DNA from: Eledone cirrhosa
Lineage: Eukaryota
Assembly: GCA_964016885.1 (NCBI GenBank)
Contig: OZ024760.1
Location: forward strand, 17,112,001 to 17,176,000
Reading direction: 5' to 3'
Length of the DNA stretch: 64,000 bases
Within the stretch, counting starts at the first letter, position 1. Each line of letters begins with the position of its first letter. A program made the position numbers and the translations under genes. Shown in pieces: positions 45,168 through 59,304 of this stretch. Under the pieces are notes generated by a model. That model was not told the origin of the DNA. It saw nothing but the letters and a program-made list of their open reading frames with translations, and made no database searches.

Positions 45168-48100
45168 GGAGGTGAGTTTTATTGTAGTACAATAAAGCAA
45201 TGCAGATATCGGATAAGAAGCACTCTACAGTTTGTAGGACTGGAGTATACATAATATATAAGAACAAAAGATGGTTAAAATACATGGAACTCTTTTAACC
45301 ATCTTTTGTTCTTATATATTATATATATATATATATACATATAGAGAGAGAATATATATATATGTTTATCTGGTACCATAAGTAAAGCACCCAGTCCATC
45401 ATGTAAGGTGGTCGTTTTAATGCCATAATAAAAAAACACCCAGTCCGCCCTTTAACATGGTTGGCATTGTGAAGTGCATCCAGCTGTAGAAACCAAGCCA
45501 AAGTACAGATCTATGTGAGCAAGACATGGTCACCTGACCTGACTTGTCTCATAATGTGACAACACATCTAAACCATACAAGCATGGAAAAGTAAATGATG
45601 ATGATAATAATTGTTTCTACTTTTGGCACAAGGCCAGCAATTATCTCAGTGTATTACTGGTACTTTATTTTATCGACCCCGTAAGGATGAAAGGCAAAGT
45701 TAACCTCGGCGGGATTTGAACTCAGATCATAAAGGGTCGTAGCTCTTTGCTGCAAAGCATGGTGTCTGATACTGCCAATCCACTGAATAATAATATATAT
45801 GAAATACTCACTCTTCAAATAAAGCATATGACTGTACTCGTTCCTCTTGAAGATGGTAGAATTTCTTCAACAAGTCTTTTGCAGTGACACATCTAGAAAG
45901 AAATCGGATGGGGAAGAAAATGGTTATATTAAACAAGAGGTGGAGAACCTTTCAATGTTGAAAGACTGCATTAACCCTAGTATTTACATTACTATATATA
46001 TATATTATTATATTTTCACAGTAAAGGCTTTACCTCACATAATTATCTCATAATATCGAATCTAGATTTTGAGAACAATACCTGGCTTGCCTCAAAAATT
46101 ATTAGAGTGCTCCTCGCGATATCATTATATTTTGCTCTGGCAGCGGTTTGTTTGTCCACCCCTTTTGTTGTATGTGGTCCTAGATGTGTGTATTACCTGC
46201 TGGTGTGTTGTATGTGGTCCTAGATGTGTGTATTACCTGCTTGTGTGTTGTATGTGGTCCTAGATGTGTGTATTACCTGCTTGTGTGTTGTATGTGGTCC
46301 TAGATGTATGTATTACCTGCTTGTGTGTCGTATGTGGTCCTAGATGTATGTATTACCTGCTTGTGTGTTGTATGCGGTCCTAGATGTGTGCATTACCTGC
46401 TTGTGTGTTGTATGTGGTCCTAGATGTGTGCATTACCTGTTTGTGTGTTGTATGTGGTCCTAGATGTGTGTATTACCTGCTTGTGTGTTGTATGTAGTCC
46501 TAGATGTGTGCATTACCTGCTTGTGTGTTGTATGTGGTCCTAGATGTGTGCATTACCTGTTTGTGTGTTGTATGTGGTCCTAGATGTGTGTATTACCTGC
46601 TTGTGTGTTGTATGTAGTCCTAGATGTGTGCATTACCTGCTTGTGTGTTGTATGTGGTCCTAGATGTGTGCATTACCTGTTTGTGTGTTGTATGTGGTGC
46701 TAGATGTGTGTATTACCTGCTTGTGTGTTGTATGTGGTCCTAGATGTGCGTATTACCTGCTTGTGTGTTGTATGTGGTCCTAGATGTGTGTATTACCTGC
46801 TTGTGTGTTGTATGTGGTCCTAGATGTATGTATTACCTGCTTGTGTGTCGTATGTGGTCCTAGATGTATGTATTACCTGCTTGTGTGTTGTATGCGGTCC
46901 TAGATGTGTGCATTACCTGCTTGTGTGTTGTATGTGGTCCTAGATGTGTGCATTACCTGTTTGTGTGTTGTATGTGGTCCTAGATGTGTGTATTACCTGC
47001 TTGTGTGTTGTATGTAGTCCTAGATGTGTGCATTACCTGCTTGTGTGTTGTATGTGGTCCTAGATGTGTGCATTACCTGTTTGTGTGTTGTATGTGGTCC
47101 TAGATGTGTGTATTACCTGCTTGTGTGTTGTATGTAGTCCTAGATGTGTGCATTACCTGCTTGTGTGTTGTATGTGGTCCTAGATGTGTGCATTACCTGT
47201 TTGTGTGTTGTATGTGGTGCTAGATGTGTGCATTACCTGCTTGTGTGTTGTATGTGGTCCTAGATGTGCGTATTACCTGCTTGTGTGTTGTATGTGGTCC
47301 TAGATGTGCGTATTACCTGCTTGTGTGTTGTATGTGGTCCTAGATGTGTGCATTACCTGTTTGTGTGTTGTATGTGGTCCTAGATGTGTGTATTACCTGC
47401 TTGTGTGTTGTATGTAGTCCTAGATGTGTGCATTACCTGCTTGTGTGTTGTATGTGGTCCTAGATGTGTGCATTACCTGTTTGTGTGTTGTATGTGGTGC
47501 TAGATGTGTGTATTACCTGCTTGTGTGTTGTATGTGGTCCTAGATGTGCGTATTACCTGCTTGTGTGTTGTATGTGGTCCTAGATGTGCGTATTACCTGC
47601 TTGTGTGTTGTATGTGGTCCTAGATGTGTGTATTACCTGCTTGTGTGTTGTATGTGGTCCTAGATGTGTGTATTACCTGCTTGTGTGTTGTATGTGGTTG
47701 TAGATGTGCGTATTACCTGCTTGTGTGTTGTATGTGGTCCTAGATGTGCGTGTTACCTGCTTGTGTGTTGTATGTGGTCCTAGATGTGTGTATTACCTGC
47801 TTGTGTGTTGTATGTGGTCCTAGATGTGTGTATTACCTGCTTGTGTGTTGTATGTGGTTGTAGATGTGTGTATTACCTGCTTGTGTGTTGTATGTGGTCC
47901 TAGATGTGTGTATTACCTGCTTGTGTGTTGTATGTAGTCCTAGATGTGTGTATTACCTTACACAAATCATGTGCACCGTTTCTAAAAATCGACCCCAGTA
48001 CTTGACTGGTACATTTTTAATCAACCTCGTATAGATGAAAGGTAAAGCTGGTCTCGAGATAAGGTGTCTGATCTTTTTAAAATAATGTTTATTTCATTTC

Positions 48101-48478
48101 ATGTCGGGTATCGATGACATTATTACACCTCGTTTGAAGGAAATGAAAATATTTTGTTCGATTCACTGGATTTATTTCGCGTGCTCAAATATATGCATAA
48201 ACCCTAACCCTAACAATGAAACTCTTAATTGGGATGTCGAGAGTTGTTTTTGTAAAATATAGTTTTAAGGGCTCCAAAACAAAATAAATTTGGGAGAGGA
48301 CTGGTTTTGACTATCGAATGTTTAAGATGGGAGGGTGTGATTTGAAAGAGATTTGGCTAGTGTTTCTAGCAGGCCAAAACCGAATGACTACATCTGAGCT
48401 TTCTGGTAGACATGAAAATAAACTTAAGAAGAAAAAATACAAATAATTAAAAGTAAACACTGACTTTTCTAGTGCCAT
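43203..48478 (-). CDS. REX1BD: Required for excision 1-B domain-containing protein (C19orf60-like); complement(join(43203..43278,43615..43703,44752..44956,45812..45892,48465..48478)), about 154 aa
   Basis: Exons splice in frame to MALEKCVTAKDLLKKFYHLQEERVQSYALFEEGFQGYLKAKPHYNFPLFRQLVFEITETFQKISQDI...IQDREKEKLELVAQLQLLRQ...MDDLKYEAEDLYH*, matching my recollection of the REX1-B family pattern (LQxER...YDF..YR..V..VT..F...S). Confidence 0.85.
43615..43703 (-). CDS. REX1BD: REX1BD exon VAQLQLLRQHMQDFPDELNHEEEAKEKKV
   Basis: 89 bp, gtgaag| and |gtgagt. Confidence 0.85.
44075..44722. repeat. 21-bp minisatellite in a REX1BD intron
   Basis: gtgtacagtgaacatctggta. Confidence 0.9.
44752..44956 (-). 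CDS. REX1BD: REX1BD exon GFQGYLKAKPHYNF...KEKLEL
   Basis: 205 bp, catcag| and |gtaggt; overlaps ORF 44743..44940. Confidence 0.9.
45812..45892 (-). CDS. REX1BD: REX1BD exon CVTAKDLLKKFYHLQEERVQSYALFE
   Basis: 81 bp, tttctag| and |gtgagt. Confidence 0.88.
46167..47957. repeat. 40-bp minisatellite in REX1BD intron 1
   Basis: ttgtgtgttgtatgtggtcctagatgtgtgtattacctgc, about 45 units. Confidence 0.95.
48465..48478 (-). CDS. REX1BD: REX1BD first coding exon (ATG GCA CTA GAA AA)
   Basis: gtcATGG start context, |gtcagt donor, phase 2 matches the next exon. Confidence 0.6.
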
Positions 48479-49029
48479 GACTGAAGTTGTGACGACGAAA
48501 ATGAAAGATTTTGTAAGCGGTGTAATTCACCATTTTTAGCCGCACATTCGTATTCCTAACTTTCGCCAAATTATTTACATTAATGTTAAATAAAATTAAT
48601 ATTATATTCATTTTATTAAGTTTTAAATACATACATAAATAAAATCATAAATTGTTCGCAATTTTATTACAATGAAAATATAAATACATATAATGGTTTC
48701 TACTTTAGGCACAAGGCCAACAATTTTCGGGGAGGGGAAAAGTCGATTAAATCGATTTCACTGTATTACGGGTACTTTATTTTATAGACCCCGCAAGGAT
48801 GAAAGACAAAGCTAACCTCGGCAGGATTTAACTCAGAATGTAAAGCGCCGTAACTCTATGCCGCTAAGCAGGGTGTCCGACGCTCTAAATATAACAACAA
48901 AACCTCACAAATATAACAACAAAATATATGACCAGAGCGAGAAAAAACAAAGGAAAACAACAACAAAAACGACCATTAATTTAATAGAAAAAGAAAAACA
49001 AAGAAAATTTAGATTGAGAAGAATGGAAT

Positions 49030-49675
49030 GTAAAATAGGAAAATATAAAGAAAAAAACGGGAAGGCGGGGAGAGAGTAGCAAGGACTCTAGTATCACAGA
49101 AGGGTAGGGGGGGATGATTGGGCTCTGGGCCTAGGACGTGGCGGTGGAGGGGTTGCGCTCCGTGGACAATGGCCAGCGACACCTGCTGCAACAGCCATCC
49201 CACCTTGCGGGGCTCCTTGCTCAGGCGGGCCGCCGGCGTTCCGAACTTGCGGCAATCGGCCCCAGCTGGTTGTACAAGTGACATGTATAAGACGGGAGCT
49301 TCCCCGACGGAATCACCCGCGTCCCATTCGAAGGAGGTAGTATAGTGATTATCTGTTTCCTCTGTCCCCTGCCTTGAGGACCACCGGGGTGACCTCGAGA
49401 GATCGTCCACGCACAGGCTTGTTTACGCCAAAAAAGAGGTAACCCAGAATTTGACCGTTAAATGTCAGCCAGGGGGTCAAGGTGTGGACAGATTTCGCTA
49501 CAGTAGATCCCTGATCCGGGACGCCACCTGCTGCGACAGGTTCTCCGCCTCGAACTTAGTCGCTTCGGCCACAAACCCCGGCATCGCAGCCCACCTCGCA
49601 GAAGGACGTAAAATAAACAAATACCGGGGTTTGTCCGGACGCTACCTCTGCGCACCGGTTACCGTCTTCCTTCGT
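49030..49675 (+). mobile_element. Non-LTR retrotransposon fragment with a restriction-like endonuclease remnant (CRE-like); related piece inverted at about 57720-58165
   Basis: DATCCDRFSASNL...AAHLAEGRKINKY; GC-rich; 49080-49100 matches the reverse complement of 58072-58095. Confidence 0.55.
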
Positions 49676-49679
49676 TATA

Positions 49680-49710
<31 letters not shown>

Positions 49711-49724
49711 CATACATACATACA

Positions 49725-49770
<46 letters not shown>

Positions 49771-50012
49771 GGAACGAGTAGGACCCCGACGACTGAGCTC
49801 AAGCCGTTTCGACGGATTAGCCGTCGAAACGGCTTGAGCTCAGCCGTCGGGGTCCTACTCGTTCCTATTACCCACTCTACTACCCTAAGTATTGAGTACT
49901 TTGGTGCGTTATGGTCCACCTGGTTCCTTACCACATTTCCATCGTTATATATATATATATAAATGAAAGGTATAGAAAACATATATAAAGAAAATATATA
50001 ATATATATATAT

Positions 50013-50064
<52 letters not shown>

Positions 50065-50920
50065 TTATTTATTAAAATAACAGATTAAAGTTTAAGCAAA
50101 GAATCGCTGCTTTCACCCTTAACGGGATCTTCTGAAACTAAATATTTGCTCTACGGTTCTTATATATTTGATATATATTTATCCTTATCGAGGCCTCTTT
50201 GGATTTTAGTCTTCAAATTTATTATTATTACTATATATACACACGTATATATATACGGGATAACAAATTATTGTTATATGTAGTCCAGTGGATAGTATTA
50301 ACACTTGGCTAAGTTTGACTCAACAAGACGTTTCCATAGTGATGATGCGAGTATGCGGTGATTTCTATGTAGTTTACACTTGGAGTAATAATAAATCAAA
50401 AAAGAAGAGTGACACGGTTTGCTATAGAATAAGGGCTTTATTCACATTGCTGACAATTGTTTCACTAAACTGGTAGGTCTAGAGATCGCTACCCGCCTGT
50501 TTTTGCGTTAATCGATCACCAATACTTTGTTATAACCAGTCTATTCATCATATATATAATATATATATCATCATCATCATCACTCGTCGATTACTGTCGA
50601 GATGATGGATCTCACTCTCATGCCCCAGAATCCCCTGTCCCCCATCGCTAATATATATATATATATAATATATATAGTGAAAATTGGAACGGGAACGAAA
50701 ACAGAGAGGCAGTACAAACAAAGGTTTATTAGTTTCACGATCTATATATACACACACTTATAAATAGTTATAAACATAAATAATTAAATTCATTAAATAA
50801 TATCTCTCTCGCGTTTCATTAATTTTATTTCCATTTTAACAGTTCTTACTTTCTTTTCTTTTTAAATAATAATTCCACCCACGTTTTCTAGTTCCTTCTT
50901 TCTCATTTCCTCTTGCTCTT

Positions 50921-50966
<46 letters not shown>

Positions 50967-51324
50967 AAGGAAATGTGGTAAGGAACCAGGTGTGCCATAA
51001 CGCACCAAAGTACTCGACACTTAGGGTAGCAGAGTGTGTAATAGGAAAAGAGTCAGGACCCCGGCGGCTGAGCTCTGGCCATTTCGACAGCTGGATCCGA
51101 ATATGTGTATATATATAATTCTGGCAATATTATTACAACAATATGACCCTCCCCAAGTATAACAATATATATAGCTAGTAAATAGTGCTTACGCCGTATT
51201 TGACTAAGTAAATTAGTCTGTTAGTTGGAATTTTTTTTAATCCTCAGAAAAAAGGGATGAGTATTGACGCACATGGGGCACGAACCCACATGTTTGGTTT
51301 GCCGGGCCCCTGTACTACCATTCA

Positions 51325-51369
<45 letters not shown>

Positions 51370-52041
51370 ACCGTCTACAGCTGTCTTGTCGTTTTTCTTT
51401 CTGTTCTTCGAAACTAAAACAGCAGTTTTAGAGTTGGCATGCAGTGTAAAGTAATTAGAGAGAGAGGGAGAGGTGGCGAGAGAGGCAGACAGACAGAGAG
51501 AGGGGTGGTAAAGAGAGAGTGTGGGTAGAGAGAAGGAGGACGTGCGTGTGTGTGTGTAGAGAGAGAGAGAAAATAAAAGTGAATAGGTGAAAGAAAGAAC
51601 GAGAATGATGGAGGGAGAAGGTAATGAGAGAAAACAGACAGGCAGAGAGAGTGACAGACAGGCATAGAGAGAGACAGAGAGACAGAGAGACAGAGAGAGA
51701 AACAGACAGGCATAGAGAGAGACAGAGAGAGAAACAGACAGGCATAGAGAGAGACAGAGAGAGAAACAGACAGGCATAGAGAGAGACAGAGAGAGAAACA
51801 GACAGGCATAGAGAGAGAGAGACAGAGAAAGTGAGAGACGGAATCAGCAGAAAGAAAGAAAGAAGCTAGCCATGAATGAGAGTTGCTGTATTTAGAACCG
51901 ACATCACCACCGTCTTTGGATGAGATATGGTAGCAGAATAATAACGACTCCTCGGAAATCCTGGTCTCTGTCTATCTGTCTCTATTATATCAGTTCATTG
52001 AACAGCAACGGTGCGTTAACCGGCTTCGAACTCACATCAAT

Positions 52042-52099
52042 ATGACCCATAATGAAGTACGGAGTCACTGGTTCAAAGAAGGAGCAATTGGTTTAGGGG
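52042..52099 (+). CDS. Possible first coding exon of an unidentified gene (MTHNEVRSHWFKEGAIGLG)
   Basis: Island of unique, higher-GC sequence after a GA-rich tract, ending in a consensus G|gtaagt donor. Confidence 0.3.
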
Positions 52100-52272
52100 G
52101 TAAGTTTCTTAAGGGGGGAATTCTTTGTGGGTTTTTCTTTTTGTCTTCTGCGTTTGGAAGAAAACTGATTCCGTGTCCTCTAAATGTCGATCGCTTTTTC
52201 TTCTTGTTTTTTTAATTGATTTTTGTTGATTTATTTCACTAGACACATCGTATTAATTACACCGAGGTGTAC

Positions 52273-52316
<44 letters not shown>

Positions 52317-53788
52317 GAAAAGTATAGAAATTATTGTATATGTATATGTATATATATATGTATGTGTGTGTGTATATATATATATATGTTTGTGTATATA
52401 TGTGTGTGTGTATATATGTTTGTGTATATGTGTGTGTGTATATATGTATGTGTGTGTATATATGTATGTGTGTATATATGTATGTGTGTGTATATGTAAG
52501 TGTGTGTATATATGTATGTGTGTATATGTATGTATGTATGTGTGTATATGTATGTGTGTGTATATATGTATGTGTGTATATATGTATGTGTGTATATATG
52601 TAAGTGTGTATATATGTAAGTGTGTATATATGTATGTATGTATATATGTATGTGTGTATATGTATGTATGTATATATGTATGTGTGTATATGTATGTATG
52701 TGTATGTATGTATGTGTATATATGTATGTATGTGTATATATGTATGTGTGTGTGTGTATATGTATGTGTGTGCATATATATATGTGTATATATTATGTGT
52801 ATATATATATGTATGTGTGTGTATATATGTATGTGTGTATATATGTAAGTGTGTGTATATATGTATGTGTGTATATGTATGTGTGTATATATGTATGTGT
52901 GTGCTTATATGTATGTGTGTATATATGTATGTGTGTATATATGTATGTGTGTGCTTATATGTATGTGTGTATATATGTATGTGTGTATATATGTATGTGT
53001 GTATATATATGTATGTGTGTATATGTATGTATATATATATATATATGTGTGTGTGTATATGTGTGTGTGTATATGTATGTGTATATATATATGTGTGTGT
53101 GTGTATATGTGTGTGTGTGTATATGTATGTGTATATATATATATATGTGTATATATGTATGTGTGTGTATATATGTATGTGTATATATGTACGTGTGTAT
53201 GTATGTATGTGTGTATGTGTGTATGTATGTATGTGTGTATATATGTATGTGTGTGTATATATGTATGTGTGTGTATATATGTATGTGTGTGTATATATGT
53301 ATGTGTGTGTATATATGTATGTGTGTGTATATATGTATGTGTGTGTATATATGTATGTGTGTGTATATATGTATGTGTGTATATATGTATGTGTGTGTAT
53401 ATATGTATGTGTGTATATATGTAAGTGTGAAAACCCGCCAGACAGTCCACGCTGTAATGTGGCCGTGTAGGCAACACGGTAAAAACCTCCCAGCCCCACA
53501 CTGTAAATGTGGTTGGTGTTAGGAAGGGCATCCAGCTGTAGAAAACCTGCCAGACAGTCCTATGCGAGCAAGACAACCACTCTTGCCTCAAGTGGGAAAA
53601 CTCCCGTTCAAACAAATGCAAGCGTGGAACACGGAAGTTAAACGTTGATGATGATGATGTATGTGTATATATATATATGTATGTGTATATATATATGTAT
53701 GTGTATATATATATGTATGTGTATATATATATGTATGTGTATATATATATATATGTGTATATATATATATATGTGTATATATATATAT

Positions 53789-53871
<83 letters not shown>

Positions 53872-53909
53872 TGTGTGTATATATATATATATGTGTGTAT
53901 ATATATATA

Positions 53910-53968
<59 letters not shown>

Positions 53969-55167
53969 ATATATATATATATATGTATGTGTATATATAT
54001 ATATATATGTATGTGTATATATATATATATATGTGTATATATATATATATATGTATGTGTATATATATATATATATGTATGTGTATATATATATATATAT
54101 GTGTATATATATATATATATGTATGTGTATATATATATATATATGTATGTGTATATATATATATATATGTATGTGTATATATATATATATATGTATGTGT
54201 ATATATATATATATATGTATGTGTATATATATATATATATATGTATGTGTAATATAAGATCAAAAGATGGTTAAAGGAGTTCAATATATTTTATTATGCG
54301 CATTTCAAAAACAAACATCATCAAACAATAATATTTGTGTTTTCATCAGATAAAACAGGAGAACATGATATGAAGGCTAAAAAAACACTTGTTGATAGTG
54401 CAGTTTTAAATCAACATATGAAAAGTGGTTTTAGATTGATGTGTGATATTGGGAAAAATATTTTATTTAGAGAGGGGGGGAGAGAAAAGGATATATGCAT
54501 GTGTATATATATATATATGCATGTGTATATATATATATATGCATGTGTATATATATATGCATGTGTATATATATATGCATGTGTATATATATATATATAT
54601 ATGCATGTGTATATATATATATATATGCATGTGTATATATATACATGTGTATATATATATATATATATGCATGTGTATATATATATATATATATGCATGT
54701 GTATATATATATATATATATGCATGTGTATATATATATATATATATATATGCATGTGTATATATATATATATATGCATGTGTATATATATATATATATAC
54801 ATATATAAGAACAAAAGATGGTTAAAGGAGTTCCATGTATTTTATTATGCGCATTTCAAAAACAAACATCATCATGCAATAATATTTTTGTTTTCATCAG
54901 ATAAAACAGAACATGATATGAAGGCTAAAAAACACTTGTGGATAGTGCAGTTTTAAATCAGCATATATATATATATATATATGCATGTGTATAGATATAT
55001 ATATGTATGTGTATATATATATATGTATGTGTATATATATATATATATATATGTATGTGTATATATATATGTATGTGTATATATATATATGTATGTGTAT
55101 ATATATGTATGTGTATATATATATGTATGTGTATATATATATGTATGTGTATATATATATGTATGTG

Positions 55168-55214
<47 letters not shown>

Positions 55215-55574
55215 ATATATATATATATATATGTATGTGTGTATATATATGTATGTATGGGTGTATATATATATATGTATGTGTATATATATATATATAT
55301 ATGTGTATATATATATATATGTATGTGTATGTATGTATGTATGTGTATCTATGTGTATATATGTATGTATATATATATATGTATGTGTGTATATATATAT
55401 GTATGTATGTATGTGTGTATATATATATGTATGTATGTATGTGTGTATATATATATGTATGTATGTATGTGTGTATATATATATGTATGTATGTGTGTAT
55501 ATATATGTGTATATATGTGTGTATATATATGTGTATGTATGTGTGTATATATATGTGTATGTATGTGTGTTTAT

Positions 55575-56185
55575 GTCAGGTCACCAGTTGGTGCTACTGG
55601 TAACATGTATCCCAGTACAACCTGTCTCATGGTCGGGTCGTTGGCGACTAAACTGGCAACCCCACCAAGGTTTCTTGGTGAGGAGGGTGACTTTGGACAT
55701 CCTGCAGGACTAAAAACAAAACCTGTCAAAGGGCAAAGGAGCTCTTAAGAGTCAATGGCCATCCAAAATCACCGGGAGAGATGACCTCTTAGCCTTTGTC
55801 AAGGCAGAATTCTAGGAGAAGGAAAACTCTGATATAACACCTGCAACCCTGATGGTATCCAATGATGTTGACATGTTCTTCTTTTTGGTAAATATCATCT
55901 TGGTTAAGAGAGTGGGACTGGCTTTGTGCAGTGCCTTTGCTCACTATAAAAGCTTCACGGCACAGGCATTGCTTTATATCTGGAGATCTCTCTGCACTTG
56001 TCCTCACATGGTACCATGGGCCCAGCACTATGTGTCAATAATTGTCACAAGTGTAGTGTTTGTACCAGAGTTTTCAAGTCGCTGGCTGGACTAAAAAGTC
56101 ACACTCGTTCAGCGTATCGGTAGGGGTTCTCCTACATGGATATAAAGTAGTGGCCGTACTCGAAAACGAGTTGGCAGCCACCATG
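55575..56185 (+). mobile_element. Internally deleted LINE-derived element; partial copy at 29122-29380
   Basis: Shared block of about 250 bp encoding a C2H2-like remnant [22 protein letters not shown], ending in microsatellite. Confidence 0.6.
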
Positions 56186-56347
56186 TATGTGTGTATATAT
56201 ATGTGTATATATATGTGTGTATATGTGTGTATATATATGTGTGTATATGTGTGTATATATATGTGTGTGTATATGTGTGTATATATATGTATGTGTATAT
56301 GTGTATATATATATGTATGTGTATATGTGTATATATATATGTATGTG

Positions 56348-56378
<31 letters not shown>

Positions 56379-56427
56379 GTATATATATATATATATACAT
56401 GTATGTGTATATATATATATATACATG

Positions 56428-56476
<49 letters not shown>

Positions 56477-56517
56477 GTATCTAAATATATGTGTGTGTCT
56501 GTACAGACACAATCACA

Positions 56518-56555
<38 letters not shown>

Positions 56556-56618
56556 ATCGATTTGGATGTGCATGTGCGTATAGGTAGCTATGTACGTAAT
56601 ATAATATCCTTCGCAGAC

Positions 56619-56675
<57 letters not shown>

Positions 56676-56747
56676 GAGAGAGATGAGAGTCCCGGGTTCA
56701 ATCGGGGGGGTAACTACAGTAAATAAAGTACTCAATATATAAGTAGA

Positions 56748-56800
<53 letters not shown>

Positions 56801-59304
56801 AAAAACAACTATAGAAATGGCTTCTACAGGACTAGAACTGTTTCATTCGATTCGAAGGAAATATATATATATAATCAATAATTCGATTGTTATTAACCAT
56901 AAGTATCCATTAATTGGCGGCTAATTGCGATTTATTAATGATACAACCCACTTCTCCTCACGTAGGTGTGTATATAGACTTGTGTTATTATTGCTGTTAG
57001 TAATCTACTAAATTCTTTTCGTTAATTTCCTTTATAAATGTAAGGGATAGGCATGAACGTCTCCACATCTTTTTCCCGCCTCTCCTTTTATTCAAAACAG
57101 TCTCCTATTGTGATAAACCTCTTATAATAATCACAACTGTAAAGTAATCCGTTAATTATTCCCTTATCTAATTTACGTCTGATCGATAACATACTGATAG
57201 AATATATATATATGCATACACATACTCACATATATATATATATATATACATACGTACGTATATACATACATAAACTATGTATATTATATACATACACACA
57301 TACATATATATGTATACATACATACTTACATATTTATATATATATATACACACACATACACTATATACATTACATACATACTCATACATATATATATGCA
57401 TACACATACTCACATATATATATATATATACATACGTACGTATATACATACATAAACTATGTATATTATATACATACACACATACATATATATGTATACA
57501 TACATACTTACATATTTATATATATATATATACACACACACACACTATGTACATTATATACACACACATACACTATATACATTACATACATACTCATACA
57601 CTATGTACATTATATACACACACATACACTATATACATTACATACACACACATACACTATGTACATTATATACACACACATACACTATATACATTATATA
57701 CATACTCATACATAAATACATGTCTCTCTCGTACCGGTGTGTCTGCGCAATTGCGTCAGACCTGTCTGGGTTGTTGTTTAGCCCTGGGTCAGCCCTCACT
57801 GAGCAATTAGAGCTCTTGGTGACAGGCCATTCCAGCCATGCCCCTCTGTTCCGTCCTTCTTGTGGGGAGGAGGTGGAGGAGGTGAGGTACTGTCAACCTC
57901 AGATTTCATTGTATAATCAAATGTCCCCAATAACTATTTCGCGAGGTGGAAGTGACTGTTGCAGCGAGTGTCGGGGCTATTCCCAGCCCCATCACCCTTA
58001 CAACTTCCTACTCCCCATCACCCTCACAACTTCCTACTCCCCATCACCCTCACAACTTCCTACTCCCCATTCTTCTGTGATACTAGAGCCCTTGTCATTC
58101 CCTTCCCTTTTCCGGTTTTTTTAAATATATTTTCATATTTTACATTCCATTCTTTCATATTTTTACATGAAGGAACCGACAGTCGATCGACTTTCGTCAA
58201 ATCGGACCGAGGAAACAATGTTTCCGTTGGTCTTTCCAATTGGTAATATAATAGATAATACTATCTATCTATCTATCTATCGGTCGGTCGCAACTCCTGG
58301 TAGAAGGAGCTACGTGAAATAAAGTGTCTTGCTCAAGAACATAACGCATCGCCCGGTCCAGGAATCGAACTCACACCCTCACGATTGTGAATCCAATTCT
58401 CTAACCGCTCAGCCACGCACCTTCACTATGAAGGAATATATCATGTAAATACACACAGACATATATATATATATACATACATGTATACATATACATCATC
58501 ATCATCATCATCGTTTGTCTATTTTCCATGCTAGCGTGCGTTAGACGGGTTTGTCCCATTTAGAAGCAAGTTGGGTCAGGTGACCGTGTCTTGCTCATAT
58601 AGGACTGTTTCTGGCTTGGTTTCTACAGTTGGATGCCCTTCCTAACGCCAGGCACATTTACAGTGTGGACTGGGTGCTTTTTGTTGTGTCATCTACACAA
58701 CCACTCTACAGTGTGGACTGGGTGCTTTTTGTTGTGTCATCTACATAACCGCTCTACAGTGTGGACTGGGTGCTTTTTGTTGTCATCTACATAACCACTC
58801 TACAGTGTGGACTGGGTGCTTTTTGTTGTCATCTATACAACCGCTCTACAGTGGGGACTGGGTGCTTTTTGTCGTGACACCTCCATGACCACTCTACAGT
58901 GGGGACTGGGTGCTTTTTGTTGAGACACCTACATGACTAATTGACAGTGTCAACCGGGTGCTTTTTGTCTTGACACCTACACGACCAATTTACAGTGTAT
59001 GCAGGGTAATTTTTTTGTCATGACACCTACGCAACCAATATACAGTGTATGCAGGGTGATTTTTGTTTGTTGTGTCACCTACACAACCAATTTACAGTGT
59101 ATGCTGGGTGTTTTTGTTGTGTCACCTACACGACCAATTTACAGTGTGGACTGGAAGCTTCATTGGATATATGCTTCAGCCTGCCCTCATAGGAGTGGGT
59201 GGGGTGGTGCATATATATATATTTCAGGTTATCATAATGTAGTGATAATATATCGTCACGTGTAGGTTTGCTCAACGAGTATAAATTATATTCCGGAGAA
59301 AATG

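Noticed and set aside
46167-47957. CRISPR-like regular arrays (also 1812-2810 and 36580-38090)
   Set aside because: Head-to-tail units without unique spacers, no cas genes, eukaryotic context
48198-48215. Telomeric-like ccctaaccctaa
   Set aside because: Only two units; insufficient evidence
50100-50555. Further hammerhead-like pieces (CAGAAGA...GAAAG at about 50110-50135 minus; GAAACAATTGTC at about 50452-50464 minus; also about 25975-26045)
   Set aside because: Core nucleotides are mutated or truncated, so they were not called as ribozymes
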